Assembly: GCA_045638245.1 (NCBI GenBank)
Contig: JAZUAZ010000237.1
Coordinates: 1 to 62,676 of the forward strand
Reading direction: 5' to 3'
DNA: 62,676 nt
Source of the DNA: Acutalibacteraceae bacterium
Lineage (GTDB): Bacteria > Bacillota > Clostridia > Oscillospirales > Acutalibacteraceae
Below the pieces are notes generated by a model. The model made no database searches. It worked only from the letters and a program-made list of their open reading frames with translations, and had not been told where the DNA came from. The translations under genes were made by a program, and so were the position numbers. This document shows positions 26,429-36,227 of this stretch, one piece after another (the stretch's first letter is position 1; each line of letters starts with the position of its first letter).

Positions 26429-26647
26429 TCAGAGCTTAAAATCCTCTTCTTTATAATCCGTGTTTAACACTGCTCTCTCCGGCTTACGTCTGAGAGGGTC
26501 ATATTTATAGTGCCTGCATTTTCCTTGAGGGTCTACTATGCCTTTTTTCTCGCAAAGTACCGACTCTTTATCTTTGGGCATGCGACCAAAGTTGCAATTC
26601 ATACATATTGCTGAATATTTCTTTTTATCGATAATTTTTTGCTTCAT
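26429..26647 (-). CDS. small 4-Cys (zinc-ribbon-like) protein, function unknown
   Basis: Start chosen at the internal ATG preceded by AGGTG (MKQKIIDKK...). Motif CMNC-x16-C-x11-C and a basic tail. Divergent from spoIIIAA. Confidence 0.6.
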   Translation of the reverse strand: MKQKIIDKKKYSAICMNCNFGRMPKDKESVLCEKKGIVDPQGKCRHYKYDPLRRKPERAVLNTDYKEEDFKL

Positions 26648-26785
26648 ATTGCACCTGCCTGATTTATTTGTGATAATTTTATCATATAATAAACTTTTTT
26701 GCAATAGATAGGCGTATAACTGTTGTTCTAAAAAAACTTGCGAAATTCATATATTGAAACAAAAGCGCAAAAGGGGGCCAGATGT

Positions 26786-27784
26786 GTGTTTAATAATAAT
26801 TTTGACTATGCAATTGCAACCTTGTCCGAAAATTTGAAAAAAGTACTGTTAAGTGCAGATACTGACATTAAAGAGCAATGCAGTGAGGTTAGAATAAGGG
26901 TAAATAAGCCTGTAATTCTTGTAGTTAATAAGGAAAAGTACGGTATTGATCATAACGGAAATCTTGTTGATCCGGAAAAAGGCTTTGTTTGTTCAAGTGA
27001 AATGATTAAAGATTCGTTTATACGTATGTGCGAATATTCGGTACACACACATTCAAACGAACTTGCAAAAGGTTTTATAACTGTAAAAGGCGGGCACAGA
27101 ATCGGAGTAACAGGAACAGCGGTTATTGATTCCGGTAGTAAAATTTCTGCGGTAAGAGAAATTACATCTTTGTGTATACGTATTTCAAGGGAGATAAAGG
27201 ATTGCGGAAAGGATATATATAGAAATGTTTTTGCCAAGACGAAGGGAAATGTAATTCTGGCCGGACCGCCTTCAAGCGGAAAAACAACCTTACTCAGAGA
27301 TATAGTAAGACTTTTATCTGATGACGGAAACAGTGTGGCTGTTATTGATGAAAGACAAGAAATTGCACCTATGAACAGAGGAGAGTGCTTTGCTGATGTT
27401 GGGATAAATACTGATATTTATTATGGATACCCTAAAGAGAGTGCAATAAATATGGCAGTCCGTACAATGTCACCTGATGTTATTGCAGTTGATGAAATTT
27501 GTGAAGAAAAAGAGGTGGAATCTATCGTGCGAGCTGCAAATTGCGGTGTAAGGTTAATTGTTACTATACATGCGAACGATCTGAAAGACCTTGTTATTAA
27601 ATATCAGTCGCTCTCACTTTTGCGAACGGGCGTTTTTGATAAAATAATTATTTTAAACCGTGCAAAGGATGTATATACGAAAAGTGTATACGGAATCGAG
27701 GATATAAATGATGAAATTTATCGGAGCAGGACTTATATGGATAAGTTTTATAATGATGGGAATAAGCTTTGCGGAGCGTTTTGA
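26786..27784 (+). CDS. spoIIIAA: stage III sporulation protein AA (AAA-type ATPase)
   Basis: Walker A GPPSSGKTT and Walker B VIAVDEI. GTG start 7 nt after AAAGGGGG. The track's TTG at 26738 lies upstream of a sigma-E-like -10 (CATATATT, 26748-26755). Confidence 0.9.
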   Translation: MFNNNFDYAIATLSENLKKVLLSADTDIKEQCSEVRIRVNKPVILVVNKEKYGIDHNGNLVDPEKGFVCSSEMIKDSFIRMCEYSVHTHSNELAKGFITVKGGHRIGVTGTAVIDSGSKISAVREITSLCIRISREIKDCGKDIYRNVFAKTKGNVILAGPPSSGKTTLLRDIVRLLSDDGNSVAVIDERQEIAPMNRGECFADVGINTDIYYGYPKESAINMAVRTMSPDVIAVDEICEEKEVESIVRAANCGVRLIVTIHANDLKDLVIKYQSLSLLRTGVFDKIIILNRAKDVYTKSVYGIEDINDEIYRSRTYMDKFYNDGNKLCGAF

Positions 27785-28214
27785 AAAAAGATATATTGTA
27801 TTTGAAGAATTATTGCTTATGGTTGAGGGAATAACAAATGGTATCTGTTATCTGACATTGCCTATAGACGAGATTCTTACAGGGCTTGTAACTGATGGAA
27901 CATGCAAAAGTCTCTCTTTTCTGCATGTATTCAGACAGTATCTTGAAGCAGGATATGATTTCCCGGATGCATGGAAAAAGTCAGTGTTCGAATGTAGTTT
28001 ATATCTGAATAATACTGAAAGTGAAAAAATTTCTAATTTTGTTTTGTCTCTCGGTCGTTCTGATTCTGAAAATCAGAAAAGAATATTGAAGATATATACT
28101 GCACAATTTGAAATGTATGCCGAAGAAGCTTATAAAATGAAGAAAAAATACTCGTTTACATCTGTAATAACAGGTGCTCTGTTTGGTGGTGCTGTTTTTA
28201 TATTACTTATATAG
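27708..28214 (+). CDS. spoIIIAB: stage III sporulation protein AB
   Basis: 168 aa with an N-terminal TM helix (MMKFIGAGLIWISF) and a helical soluble domain. Second in the spoIIIA order. Overlaps the AA 3' end. Confidence 0.85.
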   Translation: MMKFIGAGLIWISFIMMGISFAERFEKRYIVFEELLLMVEGITNGICYLTLPIDEILTGLVTDGTCKSLSFLHVFRQYLEAGYDFPDAWKKSVFECSLYLNNTESEKISNFVLSLGRSDSENQKRILKIYTAQFEMYAEEAYKMKKKYSFTSVITGALFGGAVFILLI

Positions 28215-28226
28215 CGGAGGAAATAA

Positions 28227-28421
28227 ATGGAAATTGATCTGATATTTAAAATCGCCGGAATAGGTATAATTATTTCCATACTAAACCAGATACTTTCAAA
28301 ATCAGAAAAAGGTGAATACGTTATGATAATAACACTTGCTGGTGTTGTAATTGTTTTTATAATGTTGATTCCTTACATAAAAGAATTTTTTGAAGCAGTA
28401 CGGGAAATTACTGATTTCTGA
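28227..28421 (+). CDS. spoIIIAC: stage III sporulation protein AC
   Basis: 64-aa two-TM protein with the IFKIAGIGIIISILNQIL motif typical of SpoIIIAC. Confidence 0.9.
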   Translation: MEIDLIFKIAGIGIIISILNQILSKSEKGEYVMIITLAGVVIVFIMLIPYIKEFFEAVREITDF

Positions 28422-28422
28422 T

Positions 28423-28803
28423 ATGCTCAGAATAATCCTGTTTGCGATAATCGCATGTGTTTTAGGTGTGATTATAAAACATAACTGCATTGAACTGTAC
28501 TTACCGTTTCAGCTTGGTGTTTCAGTTGCGGTCTTGATTTATGCATTAAACAGTACAATGGGTGAAATTGAAGTGTTTTTCTCATTGATCGAAAGTATGG
28601 GTGTCGGTCACGATATAATTAAGTCTATATTTAAAGCGGCGCTGATAACAATTGGTACAAAGATTGGTTGTGATATCTGCAAGGAGAGTGGTAGCTATAT
28701 CTTGGGTGATATTGTCGAACTTATCGGTAAGCTCTTGATTTTTGTTGTTTCAATTCCATACATAATAAGTATAGTAAAAATATCGGCGGCGTTTTTAAAA
28801 TGA
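28423..28803 (+). CDS. spoIIIAD: stage III sporulation protein AD
   Basis: About 127-aa polytopic protein. Its ATG is 1 nt after the AC stop. The track ORF extends upstream into AC. Confidence 0.88.
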   Translation: MLRIILFAIIACVLGVIIKHNCIELYLPFQLGVSVAVLIYALNSTMGEIEVFFSLIESMGVGHDIIKSIFKAALITIGTKIGCDICKESGSYILGDIVELIGKLLIFVVSIPYIISIVKISAAFLK

Positions 28804-29906
28804 AGAAATTAATATTTTATGTCTTTTCGGTTATATTTATAGTTTGTTTTCTTTCTTTTTCAACTTCAGCAACAGAAACTGATGAAGAATATTATTCGGA
28901 GATGCTCAGTTCAATTGTTGATAGCGATACATCTGAAAAACTGGAGGAAATAGGTCTGCAGGACTTTTCGCCTGATGAAATATTTTCTGTATCTTTCAAT
29001 AAGATTGGTGAATATTTCAGCGCATCACTCAGAAGTAAAACTGTTGGAATAATTTCGGATTTTTTCAGAATATTCAGCATTCTGATTATTTTTATTTCGA
29101 TAAAAAACTTTTTCTGCGCGGATAACGGTATGAGCTTGACGATAATGGGCGTAATTTCAGTTGCATTGCTGTCTGTTGATATAAGCACCGACATAATTGA
29201 AGTGCTTATTAGTACAATGAAAACAAGCGGAAGCTTTATGCTTTCTTTCATACCGATTTATACTGTATTACTTTCGATAGGAGGTAATGTTTCTTCAGCT
29301 GTTTCTTATAATACAATAACCTTTTCCTTTGCACAGATTATTTCAATGCTGATTAACAGTTATGCTACCGATTTTACCGGAATCTTTATTTCTCTTTCGT
29401 TGGCCTTCTCTTTAAACAGCACACTTAATCTTAACAGATTTATATCATCTGTTAACAAACTTGTATCAACTGTCATCGGATTTTTAGCAAGCGGATTTGC
29501 AGCGATGCTTTCGGTAAGAGGCGTACTGTCTGCAACAATTGATTCGGCAGCATCCAAAAGCATAAAATATCTGATAGGTAGTCTGATACCGGTTGTTGGC
29601 TCTTCAATAAGCGATGCATATTCAACAGTACTCGGAAGTATAAATGTTATCAAAAGCTCAATAGCTGTTGCGGGAATTATAATAATGTTGGTTATATGTG
29701 TTCCTCCTATACTTGAAGGAGTTACATACTGTATCACCTTCAGCTTACTGTCATGGATATCCGAGATGGCCGAGCTAGGTGAAATTACATCTGTTCTTAA
29801 AGCTATTCAATCTGTTATACGTACTATGATTTTGCTTAACATATTACAGATGTTCATTTTACTTGTTTCTACAGGAATATTGATTGCTGTAAAAGGCGGT
29901 GCGTAA
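28800..29906 (+). CDS. spoIIIAE: stage III sporulation protein AE
   Basis: 368 aa with a signal peptide plus about 7 TM helices. ATGA overlap with AD. Its position in the operon fits. Confidence 0.9.
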   Translation: MKKLIFYVFSVIFIVCFLSFSTSATETDEEYYSEMLSSIVDSDTSEKLEEIGLQDFSPDEIFSVSFNKIGEYFSASLRSKTVGIISDFFRIFSILIIFISIKNFFCADNGMSLTIMGVISVALLSVDISTDIIEVLISTMKTSGSFMLSFIPIYTVLLSIGGNVSSAVSYNTITFSFAQIISMLINSYATDFTGIFISLSLAFSLNSTLNLNRFISSVNKLVSTVIGFLASGFAAMLSVRGVLSATIDSAASKSIKYLIGSLIPVVGSSISDAYSTVLGSINVIKSSIAVAGIIIMLVICVPPILEGVTYCITFSLLSWISEMAELGEITSVLKAIQSVIRTMILLNILQMFILLVSTGILIAVKGGA

Positions 29907-29909
29907 ATA

Positions 29910-30383
29910 ATGGATATGAAAAGCTGGTGTCGCTTTATTTGCATAACCGTAATTGCTTCAGGAGTATTACTGTCAATTTTGCCGGATACATGGATAAAAA
30001 AGTCATACAAATGTTTTGTAACTGTGTTGACAGTGTACCTTTTTATAAGCCCAATTAAAGAAATTACCGAAATTAAAAGCCTTTTTGAAAATGTTAATTA
30101 TAGTGGCGAATACACAGAGGAAGATTTAATGCTTGAAAATACGAATGTAGTTATTGATTGTGCCGAAAAATTACTGGAAAAGAGATTAAATGAAATACTT
30201 AAGGAAAACGGAACTGACGGATACTGCAAAGCGTATATCAAAGAAAAAGAAGGTGAGGCTTTTATAGAAAAAATTGAAATTTACAGTAATTTGCCAGCAG
30301 ATGAATATGATAGCATCGTTTTAATGTTAAGTCAGGTTGCAGGTGGTGAAACAGTTTTTGAATTTATCGGACAAGATTTTTAA
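29910..30383 (+). CDS. spoIIIAF: stage III sporulation protein AF
   Basis: 157 aa with two N-terminal TM helices and a soluble C-terminal domain. Its position in the operon fits. Confidence 0.8.
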   Translation: MDMKSWCRFICITVIASGVLLSILPDTWIKKSYKCFVTVLTVYLFISPIKEITEIKSLFENVNYSGEYTEEDLMLENTNVVIDCAEKLLEKRLNEILKENGTDGYCKAYIKEKEGEAFIEKIEIYSNLPADEYDSIVLMLSQVAGGETVFEFIGQDF

Positions 30384-30882
30384 CAAGGAGATTATAAAAA
30401 AAATATACGTAAAGTTGAAAAGTGATAAAAAGACATTTTTGATTTTGTTTGTCGGTTTAGCAGGAATGGTTGTGATAATGCTTGCACCCTCTGATAAGAA
30501 ATACGATAAAAAGGACGATGAATCAGTAGTTCACAATTTAAGTTATCAAAATATTCAGAATGATGTTAAAGATATAATAGAAGCAATAAACGGAGCGGGA
30601 AAAACTGTGGTATATATAACCTATGAAAGTGACAGTGAAAATGTATATGCAATAAATACTGATGAAAAAACGGATGGTAGTGATATTCATTTGAAAAGTG
30701 AATATGTGATTACCGATGATGAAAGCGCTGTAATACTGAAAGTAAAATATCCCAAAGTAAAAGGTGTTGCCGTTATTTGCGAAGGCGGTAAAGATCCGAT
30801 CGTAAAAGAAAAAATTTATTCAGTTATTTCTGCCTTGTTTGATATTTCAACAAATAAAATCAGCGTAGCTGATATGGCGTAA
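30337..30882 (+). CDS. spoIIIAG: stage III sporulation protein AG
   Basis: Single TM helix followed by a ring-building-motif-type domain ending VKGVAVICEGG...ISAL. The exact start is uncertain (TTG 30337 or GTG 30343/30346). Confidence 0.8.
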   Translation: MQVVKQFLNLSDKIFNKEIIKKIYVKLKSDKKTFLILFVGLAGMVVIMLAPSDKKYDKKDDESVVHNLSYQNIQNDVKDIIEAINGAGKTVVYITYESDSENVYAINTDEKTDGSDIHLKSEYVITDDESAVILKVKYPKVKGVAVICEGGKDPIVKEKIYSVISALFDISTNKISVADMA

Positions 30883-30896
30883 GGAGAATTTATATT

Positions 30897-31472
30897 ATGA
30901 GTATTTTTGTAAAGAAAAAGCAATTCATAGCAGCGACTCTTATTATCGCTCTTGGTGCTGCAGTTACAGTGAATTGGTTTTATAACAGTAAAAATGAAGT
31001 GAATGAAGATTCATCCTTATATCCTGAATTTTCAGAAAGCGGTAATCTTGGTGACTCGATTCTTGTTGCGGGAACAGTTGAACATGTTGAAAGTGAAAGT
31101 GCTGTTCAGAATGAAAATGAAAACAATACTTATTTTTCACAAGCAAAACTCAAAAGAAGTGAGTCAAATGATGAGATACTTGACTTGATTGATGAGTTGA
31201 CAGAGAAGGACGTTTTATCATCAGCTGATATATCAAAACTAACTGCGAGCTTTGAGGATTACAAAACAGCAATTAAGTGTCAGACAGATGCAGAAAATCT
31301 TATATATGCAAAAACAGGAAGTGAATGTGTAGTTATAATTAACGGTGATTCCTGTCAGGTTATTATGGAAAAAAATACACTAAATGACACTGTAATATTC
31401 CAGATTTCTGAGATTATTGAAAAAAATACAAAAATTTCATCAGAAAATTTATCAATAATTGAAATAAAGTAG
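30897..31472 (+). CDS. spoIIIAH: stage III sporulation protein AH
   Basis: 191 aa with an N-terminal TM anchor, an acidic linker and a C-terminal YscJ/FliF-like domain. Last gene of the spoIIIA operon. Confidence 0.8.
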   Translation: MSIFVKKKQFIAATLIIALGAAVTVNWFYNSKNEVNEDSSLYPEFSESGNLGDSILVAGTVEHVESESAVQNENENNTYFSQAKLKRSESNDEILDLIDELTEKDVLSSADISKLTASFEDYKTAIKCQTDAENLIYAKTGSECVVIINGDSCQVIMEKNTLNDTVIFQISEIIEKNTKISSENLSIIEIK

Positions 31473-31508
31473 TTGTATGATTTAAATTTTGTGTTATAAT
31501 ACACAATG
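31473..31508 (+). promoter_or_regulatory. extended -10 promoter with palindromic flanks (nusB operon)
   Basis: TTGTAT (31473-31478), 16-nt spacer, TGTGTTATAAT (TATAAT at 31495-31500), then ACACAAT. The 20-mer at 31489-31508 is identical to 14037-14056. Confidence 0.5.
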
Positions 31509-31569
31509 TATAAATATAAAATCGGTTAGTATGCAATAAATCTTGACCGATATAGGAAGGTAAAACATT

Positions 31570-31968
31570 ATGACTAGACATGAATCGAGAGAGCTTGCAT
31601 TTATTCTTGTGTTTGAGAAAAGTTTTCAACCTGATACAACGGTGATAGAGCTTATTGAAAACGCTCTTGAGCTAGAACTTTTCCCTCAAAACGCCTTTGC
31701 CGAAAATCTTGCAAGACAGGTATATGAAAATATTGAGAGTATTGATGTGCTCATTGATGATAACCTTGTGAGATGGTCTGCAAAAAGAATTTCAAAAGCA
31801 AGCCGTGCTGTTCTCAGACTTGCAGTTTGTGAGTTGCTTTATTCTCAGGATCTGCCTGTTGGTATTATTATAAATGAGGCAGTTGAAATTGCAAAGAAGT
31901 ACGCAACAACTGAAGATGCTTCTTACATAAACGGAGTTCTTGGATCTGTTGCAAAAAAAATCAGATAA
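31570..31968 (+). CDS. nusB: transcription antitermination factor NusB
   Basis: 132 aa with the R-E-AFQ-LF-type start (TRHESRELAFILVFE) and the INEAVEIAKKY / NGVLG blocks. Confidence 0.92.
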   Translation: MTRHESRELAFILVFEKSFQPDTTVIELIENALELELFPQNAFAENLARQVYENIESIDVLIDDNLVRWSAKRISKASRAVLRLAVCELLYSQDLPVGIIINEAVEIAKKYATTEDASYINGVLGSVAKKIR

Positions 31969-32032
31969 TTTTGCGGAGCAGCTGTTTACAGTTTGCTCCT
32001 TAAGGTTGTTAATAAAGGAGCAAATTCAATAA

Positions 32033-33250
32033 ATGTCAACCATTTTAAAGGTTTCTCAGATAAATACATATCTCAAATCGGTTTTCGATTCCGATTTGAA
32101 TCTGAAAAATATATATGTTAACGGTGAAATTTCTAATTTTACCAATCATTACAGATCCGGACATATGTATTTCACTCTTAAGGATGAAAATTCCGCTGTA
32201 AAAGCTGTAATGTTCAGAAGTGCCGCCCAGAGACTTCGTTTTATACCGGAAAACGGTATGAAGGTACTTGTAAGGTGCAATGTATCGGTTTACGAGCGTG
32301 ACGGTACGTATCAACTATATTGCGAAGATATGCAGCCGGAGGGTATAGGTGAACTTACGGTTGCTTTTGAACAGCTTAAGAAAAAACTTGAAGATGAAGG
32401 ATTATTTTCGTCTGAACATAAAAAGAATTTGCCGTTGTATCCAATGAAAATCGGAGTTGTTACATCTCCGACGGGTGCGGCACTGCAGGATATCTTAAAT
32501 GTAGTAGCTCGTCGTTATCCAGGTGCCCGGATTATTCTTGAACCTGTAAAAGTTCAGGGAGAGGACGCTGCTGATGAAATTTCTGCTGCAATTGACAAGT
32601 TCAGTAAGCTCAACGCTTGTGATGTACTGATTGTTGGTAGGGGTGGAGGATCCATTGAGGATTTATGGGCGTTTAACGATGAATCTGTTGCACGCGCGAT
32701 ATTTAACTGCAATATTCCCGTTATATCAGCAGTTGGACATGAGACGGACTTTACAATCTGTGATTTTGTAAGTGATATGAGAGCACCTACGCCGTCTGCA
32801 GCTGCAGAACTTGCCGTTCCTGATTACAGAGAGGTTCTTTATTATGCGGACAAAACTCTCGATTCGATGGCTTCTGCCATTCTGAAAAAAATAAACGCAT
32901 ATGAAATTGCGCTCATTCAACTTAAGCAGAAAATTGATAATAACAGTCCGCAAAAGATTTTACAGTTGTACTCTCAATGTGTAGATGCCTGCAGCACAGG
33001 TATAGGTGTTGCAATTGCTAAAAAGCTTGAGGCGTACTCAAATGTACTTTCGTTGTATGCCTTGAGCCTTGAAAGTGCCAGCCCTCTTAAAACGCTTTCA
33101 AGAGGGTATGCTGTTGTTAAAAATGAAATGCTGTCAACCGTTAAACAGGCAAAGGACCTCAATAACGGTGAAAGTATTACCGTAATCATGCATGATGGTA
33201 AGGTTAACTGCACTGTAACCAATATTGAAATTGACAACGTAAGCGGTTAA
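32033..33250 (+). CDS. xseA: exodeoxyribonuclease VII large subunit
   Basis: 405 aa. OB-fold start VSQINTYLKSVF...GEISNF...SGHMYFTLKD and the catalytic block GRGGGSIEDLWAFNDE. Confidence 0.95.
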   Translation: MSTILKVSQINTYLKSVFDSDLNLKNIYVNGEISNFTNHYRSGHMYFTLKDENSAVKAVMFRSAAQRLRFIPENGMKVLVRCNVSVYERDGTYQLYCEDMQPEGIGELTVAFEQLKKKLEDEGLFSSEHKKNLPLYPMKIGVVTSPTGAALQDILNVVARRYPGARIILEPVKVQGEDAADEISAAIDKFSKLNACDVLIVGRGGGSIEDLWAFNDESVARAIFNCNIPVISAVGHETDFTICDFVSDMRAPTPSAAAELAVPDYREVLYYADKTLDSMASAILKKINAYEIALIQLKQKIDNNSPQKILQLYSQCVDACSTGIGVAIAKKLEAYSNVLSLYALSLESASPLKTLSRGYAVVKNEMLSTVKQAKDLNNGESITVIMHDGKVNCTVTNIEIDNVSG

Positions 33251-33271
33251 TCCGCATGAAAGGATAAAGTT

Positions 33272-33487
33272 ATGGAAATGTATACACTTGACACTGCGAT
33301 GCTTCGACTTAAAGAGATTTCCGAAGCTCTTGAAAGTGGTGAAAACGATCTTGAAATGTCAATGAAGCTTTATGAAGAAGGGGTAAAAATAGTTTCGTTC
33401 TGTAACAAAACGCTTACTGACGCAAAAGAAAAAATTGTTGAGCTTTCAGAAATTACCGCAGAGGACTATGATAATGGAGAAATTTAA
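33272..33487 (+). CDS. xseB: exodeoxyribonuclease VII small subunit
   Basis: 71-aa helical protein (LEMSMKLYEEGVKI) immediately after xseA. Confidence 0.9.
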   Translation: MEMYTLDTAMLRLKEISEALESGENDLEMSMKLYEEGVKIVSFCNKTLTDAKEKIVELSEITAEDYDNGEI

Positions 33488-34358
33488 TATAAGCGATTAT
33501 CAGAAGCTGATAAATGAAAACATAGAGCAATATGTACCCGGCTGCGAATATGGAATAGATACTGTAAGTGATGCAATGAAATACAGCCTGTCAATAGGCG
33601 GCAAACGAATAAGACCTATTCTTGTGTTGGAATTTTGCAGAGTATGTGGCGGTAATGTTTATGATGCAATACCTTTTGCAGTTGCTTTGGAAATGGTACA
33701 CACATATTCGCTTATTCACGATGATCTTCCTTGCATGGATGATGATGATATGAGGCGTGGTATGCCCTCATGCCATGTGAAATTCGGTGAGGCTAATGCA
33801 CTGCTCGCCGGTGATGCTCTTCTTACTGCTGCCTTCGGTGTTATTGCCGGGAGCAGGATTGCTGAAGTCAGGCCTTCGGTTGCTGTAAGAGCAATAAGAG
33901 AACTCTCTCGTCTTGCGGGGGTTGGAGGTATGATTGGAGGTCAGGAGCTTGATCTCAAATCAGAAAACAAAGCAATAACAATTGCCGATCTTGAGACGAT
34001 TGATAAGCTTAAAACAGGCGCACTGATTGAGTGTGCAGCTGCACTTGGGGTTATGAGCGCTTGTGATAACGAAAGTTATATGGAGGCAGCTTGTACTTAT
34101 GCCGGAAATATCGGACATGCATTTCAGATTGTTGACGATATACTCGATGTTGTTGGCGACGAAAAAGAGCTCGGCAAGCCTATACGCAGTGATGAAACGA
34201 GCGGAAAATCGACATATGTTTCTCTTTTAGGTCTTGAAAAATCAATAGAGATAGCAGATATACTTACGAATGAAGCGATTAAAGCTTTGTCTGTTTTTGG
34301 TAATGAGGGAGATTTTCTTAAGGAGCTTGCTCTTAGTCTTGCTAAACGTAAAAAATAA
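33474..34358 (+). CDS. ispA: farnesyl/geranyl diphosphate synthase
   Basis: First and second Asp-rich motifs are LIHDDLPCMDDDDMRRG and FQIVDDILD. The start was chosen at the ATG 9 nt after AGAGGA. Confidence 0.9.
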   Translation: MEKFNISDYQKLINENIEQYVPGCEYGIDTVSDAMKYSLSIGGKRIRPILVLEFCRVCGGNVYDAIPFAVALEMVHTYSLIHDDLPCMDDDDMRRGMPSCHVKFGEANALLAGDALLTAAFGVIAGSRIAEVRPSVAVRAIRELSRLAGVGGMIGGQELDLKSENKAITIADLETIDKLKTGALIECAAALGVMSACDNESYMEAACTYAGNIGHAFQIVDDILDVVGDEKELGKPIRSDETSGKSTYVSLLGLEKSIEIADILTNEAIKALSVFGNEGDFLKELALSLAKRKK

Positions 34359-34370
34359 TGTGGTGATTTT

Positions 34371-36227
34371 ATGGAATATAAATTTCTTCATAAAATAAAT
34401 AGTCCAAGAGATATTAAAAACTTATCTTATAAAGAGCTTGATATATTAGCTGATGAAATCCGATATAAGCTTATTGATACAGTGTCAAAAAACGGCGGTC
34501 ATCTTGCCTCTAATTTAGGTGCTGTTGAGCTGACGGTCGCACTTCACAGAGTTTTCGAGTCTCCTCACGATCAGATCGTTTTCGACGTAGGGCATCAGTG
34601 TTATACGCACAAATTATTAACCGGAAGATTTGAAAGCTTCGATACACTTCGAAAAAAAGACGGTATATCAGGATTTTGCAGACCCGGTGAAAGCGAGCAT
34701 GATATATTTTATTCAGGTCATAGCGGCACCTCAGTTTCGGCGGGACTTGGACTTGCAAATGCAAAAATTCTAAATAACGATAACAGATATGTAGTCTCAG
34801 TTATAGGTGACGGTTCGTTCACAGGAGGAATGGTATACGAAGCGTTGAATAACGGCGGAAGGGGTAAAGCACGGCAGATAGTTGTTCTTAATGATAACAA
34901 AATGTCTATTTCTGAAAATGTAGGTTCTTTTGCCAAATATCTTGCTGTTATAAGAACAAAACCCAAATATATGTCTTTTAAAGAAAATACTGAGAAGGCA
35001 CTCAGCAAAATTCCCATGGGTTCAGGTATTCTTCGTGAGCTTTATAATTTAAAAACTGATTTGAAGAATAAGCTTTATTCGCAAAGTACTTTTTTTGAGG
35101 ATTTAGGGTACCGATATGTAGGACCTATTGACGGCCATGATATAGAACAGCTTTGTAATGGCTTTGAGGCGGCGAAGAAAATAAACGGACCGGTTCTTAT
35201 GCACGTAATTACAACAAAAGGCAAGGGATATGAGCATGCAGAAAAATCTCCAAGCGTTTTTCATGGAATTTCAAAGTTTGATATTGATACCGGTGAGCCT
35301 ATATCGTCAGGTGGTTCCTTTTCTGATAAATTCGGAGAATACCTTTGTGAGCATGCTGTTAAAGACAAAACCATATGCTCTATTACAGCTGCAATGAAAA
35401 CCGGTACGGGACTTGAAAGCTTCAGCAGCAGATTTCCTGAACGTTTTTTTGATGTCGGAATCGCCGAAGAACATGCAATTACCTTTGCCGGAGGACTTGC
35501 AAAGAACGGAATGAAGCCGATTTATGCGGTTTATTCTACATTTTTACAAAGGTGTTATGATCAGCTTGTGCATGATATCTCATTGCAGAAGCTTAAAATT
35601 ATTCTTGCAATAGACAGAGCAGGATTTGTTGGAGAGGACGGAGAAACTCATCACGGCATTTTTGATGTTACCTTTCTTAACACGATTCCTGATATTAAAA
35701 TTTATTCACCATGTTGTTACCGCTCATTGTGTGCGGATATAAACAACGCTCTTTATGCAGATGAATATTCAGTCGCAATAAGATATCCCAGAGGAAATCC
35801 TCACAACAATGTTTCTAAACTGAGATACAGTTGTATTGAGTTTTCCGAATACGGCGATGAAGATGCAGATGTAGTAATTTCAACATACGGCAGACTGACA
35901 TCGCAGGCTATTGAAGCTGTAGATGAACTCAATGAAATTGGTATAAAAGTTCATCTTATCTCTCTGAACCAGATTAAGCCATTGCCGGAAGCTGTTGTTG
36001 AAAAGCTTTGCGTTAAGAAGAAGGTTTATTTCTTTGAAGAAGGACAAAAAAATGGCTCAATCGGAGAGCACATAGCATTAAAACTTCTCGAAAAGGGATA
36101 TAAGGGTGAATTTTCGCTCACTGCTATAGAAAATAAATTCGTTGAACAGGCTACGGTTGATGAACTTCTTAACCTCTACGGACTTGATTCTTCATCAATG
36201 GTAAATAAAATCAAGGGAGAGTTCTGA
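34371..36227 (+). CDS. dxs: 1-deoxy-D-xylulose-5-phosphate synthase
   Basis: 618 aa with GGHLASNLG, GHQCYTHKLLTGR, the TPP motif GDGSFTGGMVYEALNN and DRAGFVGEDGETHHG. Confidence 0.95.
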   Translation: MEYKFLHKINSPRDIKNLSYKELDILADEIRYKLIDTVSKNGGHLASNLGAVELTVALHRVFESPHDQIVFDVGHQCYTHKLLTGRFESFDTLRKKDGISGFCRPGESEHDIFYSGHSGTSVSAGLGLANAKILNNDNRYVVSVIGDGSFTGGMVYEALNNGGRGKARQIVVLNDNKMSISENVGSFAKYLAVIRTKPKYMSFKENTEKALSKIPMGSGILRELYNLKTDLKNKLYSQSTFFEDLGYRYVGPIDGHDIEQLCNGFEAAKKINGPVLMHVITTKGKGYEHAEKSPSVFHGISKFDIDTGEPISSGGSFSDKFGEYLCEHAVKDKTICSITAAMKTGTGLESFSSRFPERFFDVGIAEEHAITFAGGLAKNGMKPIYAVYSTFLQRCYDQLVHDISLQKLKIILAIDRAGFVGEDGETHHGIFDVTFLNTIPDIKIYSPCCYRSLCADINNALYADEYSVAIRYPRGNPHNNVSKLRYSCIEFSEYGDEDADVVISTYGRLTSQAIEAVDELNEIGIKVHLISLNQIKPLPEAVVEKLCVKKKVYFFEEGQKNGSIGEHIALKLLEKGYKGEFSLTAIENKFVEQATVDELLNLYGLDSSSMVNKIKGEF

